A DNA stretch of 64,000 bases, taken from NCBI RefSeq assembly GCF_009914755.1, contig NC_060928.1; one strand, given 5' to 3'. Source of the stretch: the human T2T-CHM13v2.0 reference genome, Homo sapiens. Under the pieces are notes generated by a model. The model did no database searches and was not told where the DNA came from. It saw only the letters and a program-made list of their open reading frames with translations. Shown one piece after another: positions 25,255-41,660 of this stretch (positions are counted from its first letter, which is position 1; each line of letters starts with the position of its first letter). A program made the translations under genes and the position numbers.

Positions 25255-26960
25255 TGCAATAACTTCTTAGTGCATGATTCTTTTGTTACCTTGTCTCTTT
25301 TTATCTCTTTGTCCTTAGTAACTTAATTTTGCTCTATTACAAACAAATTCTTTTAGTTTCCTGCATTTGAGAGTGTCTTTATTTCTACTTCATTCCAAAA
25401 GGACAGTTTTGGTCAGATATAGAATTAAAGATTGATAGTACTTTTTCTTCTTTCAGCACCTGAAAAATGTTGTACCACTTCCTTCTAAACTCCATGGTTT
25501 CAGATGAGAAACCTGCTGTTATTCAAATTGGTGTACTTTCATATGGAATGTGTCATTTCTCTCTCCCATTTTTCAGATTTGTCTTTTTAAAAACATTTCT
25601 TAGTGTGGATTCGAGTTTATCTTATTGTAGGATTTGCTCAGCCTCTTAAATCTATAGGTGAGAAATTTTCAGTCATTATTTCTTCATTTTTCGGTCACAT
25701 ACTTTCTCCTGTCCTTTAAGCTTTGAAGATACAATGTTAAATTTTTGTATTGTCCTATAAATTCTTGGGACTGATAATTTCAGTATTTTTACTCTCTGTT
25801 GTTCAGATAGAGAACTGAACTGGTATGTCTTCAAGTTCATTGATTCTATCTTCTGTCATCATCTCCACTGTACTACTGAGTCTAATCTGTGAATCTTAAT
25901 TTTGATTATTGTGTTTTTCAGTTCTATAATTTCCATTTAATTCTTCCTTAAAACTTCTATTTGTTTGCTGAGGTTTTCCCTTTTTATCATTTTAAGATAA
26001 TTTAAGATAATTGATTGTTGAAGCATTTCTATCACAGCAACTTTCAAACCCTTGTCAGGTAATTCCTACATCTGATTCATCTTGATATGAATGTCAAATC
26101 AATGTCATTTCTCACACAAATTGTGTTTTTGCTGCATTCAGCTTGGTTTGACAAGTTATTATGTTAAAAGACTCATAGTCCTGCTTAATCTATTTTATGC
26201 AGGAAGTAGCCTGTCAAAGTTTAGCAATCGGCTTCTAGCCTACTTTTGTGGGCTTTAGTTTCAATTGCAGTTCGGTTTTCTGAAAACTTGTGATACTCTT
26301 CTGGTCTGATTCATTCTTCTGGTGCTTCCAGAGCTCCTGTTCAATCACTGCTGCTGCTGTCTTGTGAGAATGGAAGTTGCTTCTCTGGGCTACCGGCTGT
26401 TGCTGGGAGACTTCCATGGTGGAGGTACCATGAATAAGTTGTGGAGTGGGGCAGGGATAGCCTGAGGCTTCACCACTGTCCTGAGCTTGAATCACTCATC
26501 AGGTCCCTGGTGTCAGGAAAATGTTGAGGTTCCCTATCTTTGTTGGGATTCCCCTTTTCCAGTCCTTTGGTGAGTAAGAGCAGGCTTTTCTTGTTTAATA
26601 TTGTTTTTTGTCTAGTGGATCTGGGTTGCAGGCCTCTCTAATACCCAGTCCAAGATATACGGGAGACAGAAAACCCAGAGAACCCTGGTGTTATTTCTCA
26701 AGTCCCGAGGTCTCTAGCCAGCTCACCTTCTTTCTGGCATTTATAATCCAATTATAATTGTATGCTAAATAATTTCCAGGGTATTTAGTTATATTTAGAG
26801 GGAAGGAACAGGGAAAAGTGAGTCTATGCCATTCTTTTTGGACCTGGGCAGAAACTACTTTTTGATAGCTAAGGTTTTTACACTGCAACATACTCTATAA
26901 CATGACTAGCACATCAAAGTTTGACACAGTTACACAGGATTGTTGGAAAGACTAAGAGAT

Positions 26961-27408
26961 TGCTATGTTGAACTGTGCCCCTCATAAATTCATATGTTGA
27001 AGTCTCAAACCCTAGTACCTCAGAATTAACCTTATTTAGAGATAGGATGTTTCACAAGTTAAAATGAGGTCATCAGAATAGGTCCTAATTCAGTAGGACT
27101 GGTGTCCCTATAAAAAGGGAAAATTTGAAGACAGACTCACACACAGCAAGAACACAACATGAAGATGAAGGCAGAGATCAGGATGCTGATAATATACACC
27201 AAGGAAGGTCAAAAATTGCCATCCAATAACCAAAAGGTAGGAAGGAGGCATGGAACAGATTCTCCCTCAAAGCCCCCAGAAGGACACAACCCTGCTGACA
27301 CACTGATCTTGGACTTCTTGCCCTGAAAACTCTGAGATAATAAATTTGTGTTGTTGACGCCATTTAGTTTGTAGTCTTTTGTTACAGCAGCCTTAGCAGA
27401 CTAATATA
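26961..27408. mobile_element. MLT1 (MaLR) solo LTR
   Basis: tgctatgttgaactgtgcccctcataaattcatatgttgaagtc ... gcagccttagcagactaata. Confidence 0.75.
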
Positions 27409-27948
27409 GAGGTAATGCATATAAATTGCTTAACACGATGCCTGGCATAATAAGCTTTCAATAAATAGTTATTATTACTTAATTGTTGGTTTATTGTCTA
27501 TCTCCCTTTACTGCTTATATGTTCCTGCTAGCATGAAACCTAACATATTACAGTCATTAATTTCTGTATAAAATTAAATCAATGAAAGAATGAATGAAAA
27601 GTTTTAACAGTTAACTGCACATTTTGTAAGGTAGGTTTTCCATTAGTATAAATAAACACAGTATGATTTAAGATGAGTTAATAAGAAAGTAACATTTCTC
27701 AAGGGAAATAATGCTGTTTCATCATTTTTGTAAAATTCAGAGGTTCTTCTGTTAAGTTATTCAACAGAAGATAACCAAGAAAAACTCTTGCACATGTGTA
27801 CCAGGATATATCTACAACAATGTTCAAAGATGAACTGGAACCAACCTAAATAATTACTGTCAGGAGAATAATTGTGGTACAGTCACACAATGGAATATCA
27901 TACAGCAATACTTGACAATATGAATGAATCTTAGAAAAATGTTGAATG

Positions 27949-28263
<315 letters not shown>

Positions 28264-28398
28264 TCAAACAGAACAAGGTACTGATTAATCACGCATATGT
28301 GTGTGAAAAAAGAGTATTTTAAGAAATCTACAGGAATGATAAATTCAAATTCAGGATAATGGCTACCTGCAGGGAAAGGTGGAGAAAAAAGATGAAAT

Positions 28399-28727
28399 AG
28401 GGGTTGGAAAACTATGGTCCATGGTCCAAATCCAGCCCATCACTTGTTTTTGTATGGTCCAAAAGCTAAGAATGGTGTTCAAATTCTTAATGGTATGGAA
28501 AAATGAAAAGGATATTTCACAACACATGAACGTTATGGGAAATTCTAATTTCAGTGTCCATAAACGGTGTACTGGAACACATTCATGCTTACTGATTTAC
28601 ACATTGTCTACAGCTGCTTTTGTGCCATAATGCAAAGTTGAGTAGCTATGATAGAGACCTTATGGCCAAGCAAAGCCACGAATGCTTACTATCTGGCCCT
28701 TTACAGAAAAATGTTTGCCAATCCTTG
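28399..28727 (+). mobile_element. MER58-like hAT-Charlie MITE (a second, shorter copy at about 29270-29472)
   Basis: aggggttggaaaactatgg ... ctggccctttacagaaaaatgtttgccaatccttg. Confidence 0.7.
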
Positions 28728-28840
28728 AGTTAGGGAAGAGTACAGAGGCTACTTATTAGTGTTCAATCTTCTGGGTATATTATTTTGCTTTTTAATTTAC
28801 ACACATATTACACATATTCTTTTCCATGTACCAAACATTA

Positions 28841-29151
28841 TTTTATTTTATTTTTATTTTATTTTGTTGAGAAAGAATCTTGCTCTGTCACCCAGGCTGG
28901 AGTGCAGTGGTGCGATCTTGGCTCACTGCAACCTCCACCTCCTGGGTTAAAGTGATTCTCCTGCCTCAACCTCCCAAGTAGCTAGAATTACAGGCACGCA
29001 CCACCATGCCCAGCTAATTTTTTTATTTTTAGTAGAGATGGGGTTTTATCATGTTTGGCCAGGCGGGTCTCGAACTCCTGACCTCAGGTGATCTGCCTGC
29101 CTCAGCCTCCCAAAGTGCTGGGATTACAGGCATGAGCCACTGCACCCAGCC
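28841..29151 (-). mobile_element. AluSx-like; TSD approximately CAAAC(A/G)TTATTTTA
   Basis: Full dimer; flanking near-identical direct repeats. Confidence 0.9.
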
Positions 29152-29929
29152 CAAACGTTATTTTAGAATAATAAAGGAATATTTTTAAAGAAGATCTGAA
29201 AAAAATAATCTTTTCAAAATAAACTTAGCGTTGAAGAACTAATTTACTATACAGGATAATCTATAGCAAAGATCAGCAAATTATTATCAACAAGTCAAAT
29301 CTAGTCTGCTGTCTTATTTCCAAAATCAAGCTTTACTAGAGCATAGCCACACTAATTTGTTTAGCCTTTTACTACTATGGTAAGAGTTGAACAGTTGTAC
29401 AAAACACCATATGGTTTAAAGCTTAAAATATTTACTCTCTGGCCTTTTACAGGAAAATATCTGCCTGCCCCCACTTTGCAATGCTGCCTTATCTACAAGT
29501 TTTACCTAAACTAAAGCAAACAGTAATATGCCATTTAAAAAGGAACAAACAACATAGTCAAACAGCTAAAAGCATAATCTTGAGAGTCAGACATTCTGGG
29601 TTTGCACCCTGTTTCTGGGCATTACTACGTGATCTTGGGCAAAGTACTAGTAACTCTGGGCCAGTTTTAAAACCAGTAACACTGGAATAAAAATCCCCAC
29701 TACAAAGAATTACTATCAGGAGTAGATTTTCAGTCATTTTAATTAATTTTATTAATAAGGTTCAGAGCAAACCCACCTTCCCTCTGACACACACATACAC
29801 ACGAAACCACCACCAACAAAAAACATGTGGCTTGAAGTCTTCTTGATAGAGTTTCCCTAAACTGCATTTTTTGTTTCAAAGTTTCAGTTACCTATACAGG
29901 GAAAATTTTAAATTCATCAAAAAGCATGA

Positions 29930-30240
29930 GACCAGTCACAATGGGTCATGCATGTAGTCCAGTATTTTGGTAGACTGACATGGGAGGATAACTTGAAGCT
30001 AGGAGTTTGAGGCCAGCTTGGGCAACACAGCAAGACCTAACTCTACAAAAAGATTAAAAAATTAGCCACGCATGATGGCAAGCACCTATAGACCCAGCTA
30101 CTCAGGAGGCTGAGGTGGGAGGATCACTTGAGCCTAAAAGTGTGAGGCTGCAGTGAGCTACAGATTTGCAACACTGCAATTTAACCTGGGTGACAGAGGG
30201 AAACCCCGTCTCTAAAAAAAACAAAAATAAAAGTAAACAA
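29930..30240 (+). mobile_element. Diverged AluJ
   Basis: AluJ-type GGAGGATCACTTGAGCC and A-rich tail. Confidence 0.8.
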
Positions 30241-30544
30241 AAGCACATAAAATTATTTTGAAATACACGATTTCTTTAAACTATAATTCAACCTAAAAAC
30301 TATTTACATTTTCCCATAGAAACCTGTTTTAATTCACTGTGGTTTCCCAAAGCAGTTAATAAATATACTGTTCAAATAACTTGACTATAGCAGGTTACTA
30401 ATTCCAGAGGGTTAATCCTTCAGACTCAGAATTTAATCATAATTGTTCAGGCTTATTTGATATTTTAAAATATCAGAAAACACATATTGGGTTTAAGACC
30501 TGAATCTGTTAGAACCTCTTTAAAAGCTTTACAAACCTGTGGGA

Positions 30545-33500
30545 GAAAAACAAAAAGTCTAACATTTCATGCCATCAGAGAACCAGAAGAAGAGAAAGAG
30601 CGCAGTGTTGGAAAAATATTTGAAGAAATAATGGCTTAAAACATGACAAGTTTGGTGTAATCCATAACCTTGTAAATTCAAGAAACTAGCAAACCATAAA
30701 TAGAAAAAATCCCCAAAAATCCATTTCCAGAGATGACTTAATCATACTGCTGAATACTAAAGACAAAGAAAAAATACTGAAAGCGTCCAGAGGAAAACAA
30801 AAGATTAACTACAAGAGAAAAAGCATTTGAACATTCAGGTGAGAATTTCTCACTGAAAACTATGGAGGATAGAAATCCAGAAAGTAACATTTTTACGTGA
30901 GAAAAGAAATATGCTGTCAACCAAGAATATTACATCCTGTGAAAACACCATTCAGATATGAAGATGAAATAGACATTCTCAAATAAAGTAAAGAAATCTA
31001 CAGTCAGCAGACCTGATCTCTAAGAGCTGCTAAACGAATTTCTTTAGGGAAAGGGAAAAAGAAGAAAACTTGAAACATTAGGAATGAAAGAAAAGTAATA
31101 GAAATAAGTATTTGTATAAATATAACAAAGTATTCCTTTTCTCTGTTATTAAACATGTCTGACAGTTAAAAGAAAAGGTATAACATTTCCTGGTGTTATT
31201 TTAATGTCTGCTAACGTAATACAAGACAACTATACCATAAAGGGGAGAGGGTAAAGCTACTATGTTGGAAAGATTTCTATGTTCCAACTGAAATAGTACA
31301 ATATTGTTTATAAACAGATTGTAAAAAGTAAAGTATGTATTTTTAACCCCTAGAGCAACCACAAAGAAATTATACAAAAGAAAAATATAGTCAAAATCAC
31401 AACAGATTAATTAAAATGGAATATTAAAGTGTTCAAATAATCTAAAGGCAGCAGGGAAATGGAAAGAGAGAAACAAAATCATAGGGTATAAACACAAAAC
31501 AAATAATAGAATGTGAGATGTAAATCCTAACATATCAATAATTACATTAAACGTCTTTAAGTATAATAATGAATTACTTAAACACACCAATGAAAAGATA
31601 GGAATTGTTAGACTACATTTTTTAAAAACACATAAAAAAACTATAAATTCACTATAAAAAACTCACCTCAAACAATCATTCAGGTAAATTGAAAGTAAAA
31701 GGAAACAAGATATACCACACAAACAGTACACAACAGAAGCTGGAATGGGTATAATACTATAAAAAAAATTATCTTCAAACCAAAAAATTACCAAGGATAT
31801 GCCTTACTGACTATAAGATGGCCTCCATGATGCCCAGCTCCTAATATTTATAATATTGTAAAATCCCCTCCTGAGAGTGTGGGGAGGACCTGTGATTTGC
31901 TTTTAACCAACAGACTATGACAAAAGTAATGGATGTCACTCCTGTAATTGTCACATTATATACCATTCTGCCCTTGCTAGCATACACCCTCCACAGGTTG
32001 CCTTTGCTTGATAAAGCAAGCAGACATGTTGAAGAGGCCCATGTGTCAAGAAATGTCTCTACAAATGCAGGTGGCCCCTAGGAACTGAGAGAGACCTCAA
32101 GTCAACAGCCAGCAAGCAGCTGGGACCCTTGTTCATTAAGCCACGAGGAAATAAATTCTCTCACTAACATGAAAGAGCTTGGAAATAAATTTTTCCTCAA
32201 ATGAGCTTCTAGATAAGAATGCATACTGGCTGACCATATTACAGTCTTGTGAGACTCCAGGTAGAAGATATAGCTAAGCTGTGTCCAGACTCCTAATCCA
32301 CAGAAACTGTGAGATAAACTGCTAAATTGTGGTAACTTGCTACACTGCAAAAGAAAACAAAGAAAGAAAAAACTGACAGAACTAAAAGGAGAAACAGACA
32401 AATCCACAATTATATTTGAAGACTTCCTTAGTATCAAATAGAATGTAGATAGGCTATCAGTATGGATCAAGAAGAATAAAACATCCACCAACTGGATCTA
32501 ATAAAAGTAATATTCCACCCAACAATAGCAGAAAACCATTCCATTCAAGTACATGTGGAACATTCACTATGACAGATCATACACTAGATCAAAGTACAAA
32601 CCCTAACAAACGTAAAAGGACTAACTGAAATCCTACGAAGTATGTCCTATGACCAAAATGAAATAAAACCAGAAAACGACAACAGAGATAATAAGAAAAT
32701 TTTCAAACACTTGGAAATTAAACAGAATACTTTTACGTAATCCATGGGCCAAAGACGATATCTCAAGAAAAATTAGAATACATTTTGAACTGAATGAGAA
32801 TGAAAACACAACATAGAAAATTTGTAGAATATGGCTACAGCAACGCTTAGAGGGAAATTTATAAAATGCAATACCACTATCAGAAAAGAAGAAAGGTCTC
32901 AACTCAATGTTTTAAGTTGCTACCTCAAAAAACAAGACATCACAAATTGTATGCTTATATCAAAATATCACATGTACCCCATAGATATGTATAACTATTA
33001 TGTATCAATAAAAATTTAAAAACAAAAAAAAGAGCAAAATAGAAATCAAGGAAGACAACATTGTGAATGTACTTAATGCCACTGAACTGTATACTTTAAA
33101 ATGATTAAGGGAGTACATTTTATGTTATGTGTATTTTATTACAATAAACGTCTTCTTCCTGGATCATAAATCTAAAGGTGGAAATGAAAACTATAAAAAC
33201 TTTAGAAGAAAAAATAAAAAATCTTCATGATTGTTGGATAAGCTGAGTTCTTAGACATAACACGAAAAGCATGATCCAAACAAAAAAATTGACAAACTGG
33301 ACTTCATCAAAGTTAAAGCCTCATCCTCTGCAAAAGATTCTGTTAAGGGAATGAAAAGCTAAGTTTCAGACTAGGAGAAAGTATTGGCAAATCATTTATC
33401 CAATATAAGACTTGTATTCAGAACATATAATAGAACTTTCAAAGCTAAAGAATAAGAAAACATACAATTAAAATGGACAAAGAACTTTCTCTAAAAGGAT

Positions 33501-34600
33501 ATAAGGATGGCAAATATGAAAAGACATTCAACATCATTAACATTTAGAGAAATCCAAATTCAGCCACAGTGACATATTCCTATACATGGTTTAGATGGCT
33601 AAAATAACACTGACAACAAATGCTGATGAGGATGCAGAGCAACTGGAATTCGAGTACAATGCTGATGGGAATGCAAAATGTTTGAAACACTTTTGGAAAA
33701 AAGAGTTTTTAAAAAATCAAGTTAAATGTACACTTACAATATGACCCAGCAGACCCACTCCTGGGTATTTATCCTATGGAAATAAATAATCAAAACAGCT
33801 CTATTCATAATTACCAAAAATTGGAAACATCTCAAATGTCCCACAACTGGCAAATGGATAAACAAACTGTTGTACATCCATTCAATGGAGTACTACTCAG
33901 CAGCGAAATGAAACAAGCTATTTATACATGCAACAACTTGCATGAATATCATTACAGTGCAGGAAAGAAACCAGTCACAAAAGGTTACAACATACCATTA
34001 CGTGTACAGACAGTTTCCCACTTATGATAGTTTGACTTATGCTTTTTCAACTTTACAATGGTGTGAAAGTGACAAGCATTCAGTAGAAAATGTACCTTAA
34101 GTACCCATACAACCATTCTGTTTTCCACTTTCAGTACAGTATTCAATAAGTTATATGAGATATTGAACACTTTATTACAAAATAGACTTTGTGTTAAATG
34201 ATTTTGCCCAACTGTGGGCTAATGTAAGTGATCTTAGCATGTTTAAGGTAGGCCAGGCTAAGCCATGTTTTGTAGGTTAAGTGCAATAAATACATTTTTG
34301 ACTAAATATTTTCAATTTACAATAGTTTATCAAAATGTAACCCCATCGTAAGTCAAGGAACATATGTATGTATACATACATACAATTTACAAGACACTCT
34401 GGAAAATATAAAACGGTTGCCAAGGTGTTGGGGGTAGAACGAGAGATGTGACTACAGAAAGATAGCATAAGGGTTGGCGGGGGGTGATGGAATTGTTCTG
34501 TAACTTGATTGTGGTGCTGGCTGCATGAATTTATACATGTGTTAAAATTCCTGGAAAAAAGTCTATATCACTATATGATCATTTGAAAATAAAATATGCA
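30545..34600 (+). mobile_element. Ancient L1M (ORF1 and ORF2 remnants, 3'UTR) with nested MLT1 (~31805-32345), a short L1MA 3' end (~32935-33030) and a MER47A
   Basis: A-rich L1 ORF1/ORF2 remnants; boundaries approximate. Confidence 0.65.
34007..34366 (-). mobile_element. MER47A-like Tigger MITE
   Basis: TA|CAGACAGTTTCCCACTTATGAT ... ATCGTAAGTCAAGGAACATATG|TA. Confidence 0.75.
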
Positions 34601-36374
34601 AAAAATGAGGTGCCAGTGCACCACCTGGGAAACAACATTCGGAAGGCAACTAGATAAACAGGACAGAAGTTAGGAGAGTCATCTGAGTTACTGATATAGA
34701 TTTTCAAGTCATCTGGTAGAATTATCAGTGAGATCACTCCAGGATATTATTTATAGTGAGAAAATAGCAAGGACAGAGCTGCAGAGAATATTGGCATTTA
34801 AAGACTGAGAAGAAAATAATTCTATAGAAGGCATTAAGAAATTGTAGCCAGAGAAATAAAGGGTAAATCAAGAGAATGTGGTATCGTGGAAGAAGGAAAT
34901 TTTGAAGTAGTAGTTCATGATCAAATGTCACAGAGCGGCAGAGTAAGATGAGGATTAAAAATAGTCTATTATATTTGGCAAGATGGATAGCAGTGACTTC
35001 TTTGATATGATGATAAACTATTAACAATAAATTGAAAACTAAATAGTAGATAAGAAAGGAGAGACAGCAGGTGTTTCATTCATTTGAAGAGTCTGGCTAT
35101 GAACAGGAGGAAAGAGACAGGATGATAACTACAGACGTATGCAGAGTTAATGATGTGAGAAATTTGAAAATATATATACTACATACATATATGTATTACA
35201 TATATATTATGTATACATATATTATATATATGTATGTGTATATGCTATAGGAGAGTACCGGTAAAGAAGCAAAGTCGAGGAGAAACTTTCTTAAGTAGAT
35301 AAGTGATGGAATAAGGCCCGAAAGTAAGAGATGGTATGGCGTAGAATAGAAGGAAATGGCTGAAACCAGAGAAACAGACATTATTAATCATCATAGCTTT
35401 AATTTTCTCCAGCAGTGTTCAGAAGTCTAAGTGTAGTAACAGTCACTAGTTCAGTTACACATAACGAGGAGGGATATGCTAACTCAGAAAATAGGGTTCC
35501 ATAGGGAAGACAGGCTAGCCAATTATATAGGTATGTATATAAATAAGTGAATTTAATGATCACATAAATCCGATGAGCTTTAAAAGCATCTATTTTGGAA
35601 ACAACACAAATGTTCATCAACAGAGAAATTGAACAAAATGTGGCACATCCATACAAAGGAATATGACTTAGGAATAAAAAACAACTAACTAGTGATAACA
35701 CTCCAGTCACAAGAAAACTATATACTGTATGATTCATAATTTTATATTAAATTCTAGAGAGGACAAAACTATAGTAACAGGAAATAGATCAGTGGTTGCC
35801 TACGGCTGATGGCGGTGAGTAGGTGACTGACTTCAAAGGGGCATGAAGAAACTTTTAGGGGGGCAATGGAACAGTTTACATATGATGATGGTGGCGGCTA
35901 CGTAACTATATATATTTGTCAATACTCATTGAGATATACACTTAGAATTTTATTGCATTTAAATTATATGTTAATAAAGCCAATTATAAAAAAAGGCTCT
36001 TGTATGGTAGCCTGGGTTACTATGTTCTAACACGAAGTATGTTGCTAAAAACAGCACTTAAAAGTAGCTCCTCTTAGGGCAGAGAAACATTACAGTGTAT
36101 GACATTACAATGGTGATAAATACCATTATATATTTGTTTAAATCCATAGAATGTTAGCACCAAGAGTGAGCGGTAATGTAAACTATGGACTTTGAGTGAT
36201 AATGATGTGTTAATGTAGGTTCGTCAATTGTAACAAATGTACTGCTCTGCTAAGGGTGGTGATAACGAGGGAGGCTACACATATGTGGAGGCATGAGGTA
36301 TATAGAAAATCCTTGTACTTTTCCACTCAATTTTGCCACAAACCTAAAACTGCTATAAAAAATAAAGTCTATTT

Positions 36375-36700
36375 GCTGGGCATGGTGGCTCATACCTGAG
36401 TGGCTCATCCCAGCACTTAGGGAGGCTGAGGAGGGTGGATTGCTTGAGTCCAGGAGATTGAGACCAGCCTGGGCAACAAGGTGAAATCCTATCTCTACTG
36501 AAAAAAAAAATATGAAAAAAAAATTAGCCGGGCATGATGGCACGCGCCTGTAGTCCCAGCTACTTGGGAGGCTGAGGTGGAAGAATCAACCGAGATTGTG
36601 CCACTGCACTCCAGTCAGGGAGTGAGTGAGTCCCTGTAGAAAGAAAGGAAAGGAAAGGAAAAAGGAAAGGAGAAAGGGAAAGGGAACTAAAAGAAAAAAA
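36375..36700 (+). mobile_element. AluJ-like with a right-arm deletion and a (GGAAA)n-derived tail
   Basis: Alu left arm, A-rich linker and purine repeat at 36638-36700. Confidence 0.8.
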
Positions 36701-38643
36701 AAGAGTAGCTCCTCTACTTAGTCTAATCTACTGTCTCCAGATGTAGGCTCTAAAATTATAAGCAAAGGGAGTATAGTAGGCAGAATTCTAAGGAAACTTC
36801 CAAGGTTTCTGTTATCTCCCTGTACTCCATTGGGTCAACCCTGCATAATTCCCAGGACTGTGAATATGACAGATTTTGTGTTAAATGCAATGACTGATGT
36901 TAACATAAAGAGATTATCTGGTGGGACTGACCTAATCACCTGAGCCTTTTAAAATCATAGTCTTCTCTGGCTGGTTGTAGAAAGGACAGAATATCAGTAT
37001 GTCCCACTCATCCTTCACTCTCACTGAAAACTGCAGAGAACAGATTGTGGCACTAGCACAATGCCATCTTCCCAGGGAGTCACCCAAACAAAGGCAATGA
37101 ACAGTAAAATTCATACTCCCAATCATGAACACACTAGCAAAGGTGCAGAACATTTGAGGAGTACCAACACTATGAAATACCTAACAAACTTTAAAGTGGA
37201 AGAAACCAAAGTAACATAGTCAACAGCACACTAAGAACAAGACTTTACAACAATTATATACTACCAGCGAAATGAAAACATAAGAAAAGAGTTCTATGGG
37301 AAAACTAATTAGAATTCATGGACATGAAAACGTAAATTTTTGAAATAAAAGGAAACTCATTAGATGAGCTGAATGGCAGAGTAGACAAAACCAAAGAATA
37401 TATTCCAGTGAGCTGGAACATCAGGCCTAGAAATCCTTCCAAAACACAGTAAAAAGAGAGAAAAAGATTTTTTAAAGTACATTACATGCAGAGGTTCTAA
37501 TATATCAGTCTAATAGGAGTCCTCTTGAGGAGAAAATGTAGAAGCAATATTTGAAGAACTTTTAATTTCAAATGTCCCTAGAATTGAAGATAAGTACTCA
37601 CATTGAAAGCATTCAGTGGAAACTTAAGCCAGTAAGACAAAACAAAACAACTGAGAAATATTCAAGTGAAGTTCAGAACGTCAAGGACAGAAAAATAGTC
37701 CTAAGAGTTATGAGAAAGGAAAGAATTCCTTATAAAACAACAAGATCCAGAACATCACATGTCTCATTAGCAACAATGTAAGTAGGAAGATAATAAAGCA
37801 GAACCTTTAAAGTTCTATGGAAAATAAACTTCAAACTTATATTTCCTTATCCAGCCAAATTATCATTTGAGGCTCATTTGCATCCATAATGAAGTAACAG
37901 ATCTACCCTCCCATCTTAAACACTAAAAGTCTGAACAAAGCATATGAAATGGTTTTCAAACACTGGACAACAGACAGCACAGGAGAGTGATCCTTGAGAG
38001 AAGGGAAACAAAGGTGGTAAACCCAACAGCTGCCCACCTTACTGACTGGCAAGGGTTTCCTGGCTGCAGCACAGAGAGAAGGTAACCAAACAGAGCTTGG
38101 CAGTCCCCTTAGTTGAGGAAACATCATTCAGACCTTGGAAAATTGAAGAACACTCAAATTTCCAGGACAGAGTTGCAAAGAAGAAAGAGCTGCACGGGGG
38201 AAGGGTGCTCAAGATCTAAAGAGGGTCCCTAGAGCTTCCTGCTAAATGACAAACAGCATATTGTCAATAATACCTGAGGTTCAATCAGGGCTGCAAATGT
38301 CTCATGTTTCCAAGAGCCAAACTGAAAAGACCTCCAAATCAATGAAGCATTGGGTATTCAAAAGAGTAGTGCTATAGCAGTGAGGCCAAATTAGCACTGA
38401 AGACTGTTCTGTACTGGCCTGGCAAAGCTTACAGCCAAAGCTTACAAGCAAACTTTGAAAGACTCAAACTATTTCCAAGTAACTTAACTGCAATCCCAGA
38501 AAAAAGTCCACAAATATTTATAAAATACGCAACGCTTGGTATCCAACTACAAATTACCAGACATGTAAAGAAAAAAAGATGACCCTAATTAGGGGAAAAA
38601 ATCAATCAACAGAGACTCAGAAATGACAGAGATGGCAGAATTA

Positions 38644-39117
<474 letters not shown>

Positions 39118-39328
39118 TTAACAGACACAGCAGAAGATTAATGCACTTGAAGACACAGCAATAGAACAACCCAAAATGAAACACACAGAGAAAAAAAAAA
39201 AGACTGAACAAAATAGGGAGCATCATCAGTGAATGGTTAGTAGTGTACAAACTGGTCTAATATATGTGTACCAGAGACCTAGAAGAGGGAGAGAGGCAAA
39301 CAGAAAAACATTTTTTGAGGAAATAATG

Positions 39329-39641
<313 letters not shown>

Positions 39642-39746
39642 GAAATAATGGATGAAAAATTTCCAGATTTGATGAAAATCATAAACCACAGATCTGAGAA
39701 GCTCAATGAACCCCTATACAAAATAAACATGAAGAAAACTACACAA

Positions 39747-40062
<316 letters not shown>

Positions 40063-41540
40063 TCATAATCAAATTGATTCTAGTGATAAAGAGAAAAATT
40101 TTAAAGTAGAGAAAAAAGATACATTATATACCAAGGAAAAAGATAAGAATGAATGCTTAGTTCTTGTCAGAAACAGGGCAAGCCAGAGGTAAAAAGTTTC
40201 AACTATAATACAATATCCAGTCAAAATATTTGTTAACAACAAAAGCAAAATACTTTTTCAGACATACAAATGCTAATCAAATTCACCAGCAGACCACCAT
40301 TACAAATTATCATTCAAGCATGAGGACAAAATAAGAGCATTTTCCAATAAATCTTGGAAAGTTCCTCTAAAAAAAAATTACCAGATTCTCCAGCATGAAA
40401 AAAAATAAACTGAGGGGGGAATAGTAAGACATAAGGAATGATGTTGAGAAAATAAATTAGTAAATTTCAGTAAGCCTACCAATTCTTTTAAAAATATTTT
40501 AAGTAAAAATCTATAACCAAAATTCCAGCTGCTATTAACATGGGAGATATGAGCAAAGGAAAAGGCTGGAGGTTCTCATCTACTATCTAGAGGAAAGATA
40601 CAAATATAGATTAATTCCGGATGTAGAAAAACAAATTGAAGTATCTGTGTTAACAATATAAAGGGTAACTGTTCAAAAATTTTAACTATGTTTCTATGAC
40701 ATTGTTTCAAAGAAAAAACATACTATATTGAACTACATTAACTCACAAAGATACCACTTACGAACTTACAACAGATATGTAATAAGTCTAATTAAAATAT
40801 ATTACCATCTAATTAACCTATTTCTTATATGAGTGTGCTGCTTCATGGGTTGCTGAGTGGACAGACATAATCATCAGTTGTTCTGTAGACAAAATGTCAA
40901 AAGGCATTTGTGAACCTCTACAAATCAAACTATGAAGAGTTTTAACTACCTCAAATCCTGTTAAATACCAAAGAGAAAACAGAGTTTTAATGATTGAAAT
41001 GATTACCTAAAAACTTAATATTTTCTTGGATACATAACTTAATTTAGTTAAATGGCATAACTGGAGACTTTACTAAAATTCTACTTCTAATTTGCTTTTG
41101 AGCAAATGCATAGTTTACATATATACTTACCCAAATACTTATTTCCCATTTTTCTTCTAAAATTCTTTGCCACTTAAAAGTATGTAAAACCAAAAGCATA
41201 TTGGGGAAAAAAAACATGCAGCAATCCAAGAACTTATTTCTTTATCTGGGTTGCTATACCCATTTCTACTCTTTTAAAGGAAGGATACAGGTATGAACTT
41301 ACTCCCAATTAACCAAAGCAACAATAGAATTCCACCCCTGGTATAAAAGATAGCAAAAGAGAAGGTAAATGAGTTAAGATATCACAATTTTATACTCTGC
41401 AAATGACTTCTGAGTATCTTTACTGCCTCTTATTATGCCTAGATTGTTAGACTGTCATTCTTTTTACTTACACTTACCTTATTCCAGACCTTCACTTGGA
41501 ATACTAATACATTCAAAATCTCAGAAACAAACAAAATTCA

Positions 41541-41660
<120 letters not shown>
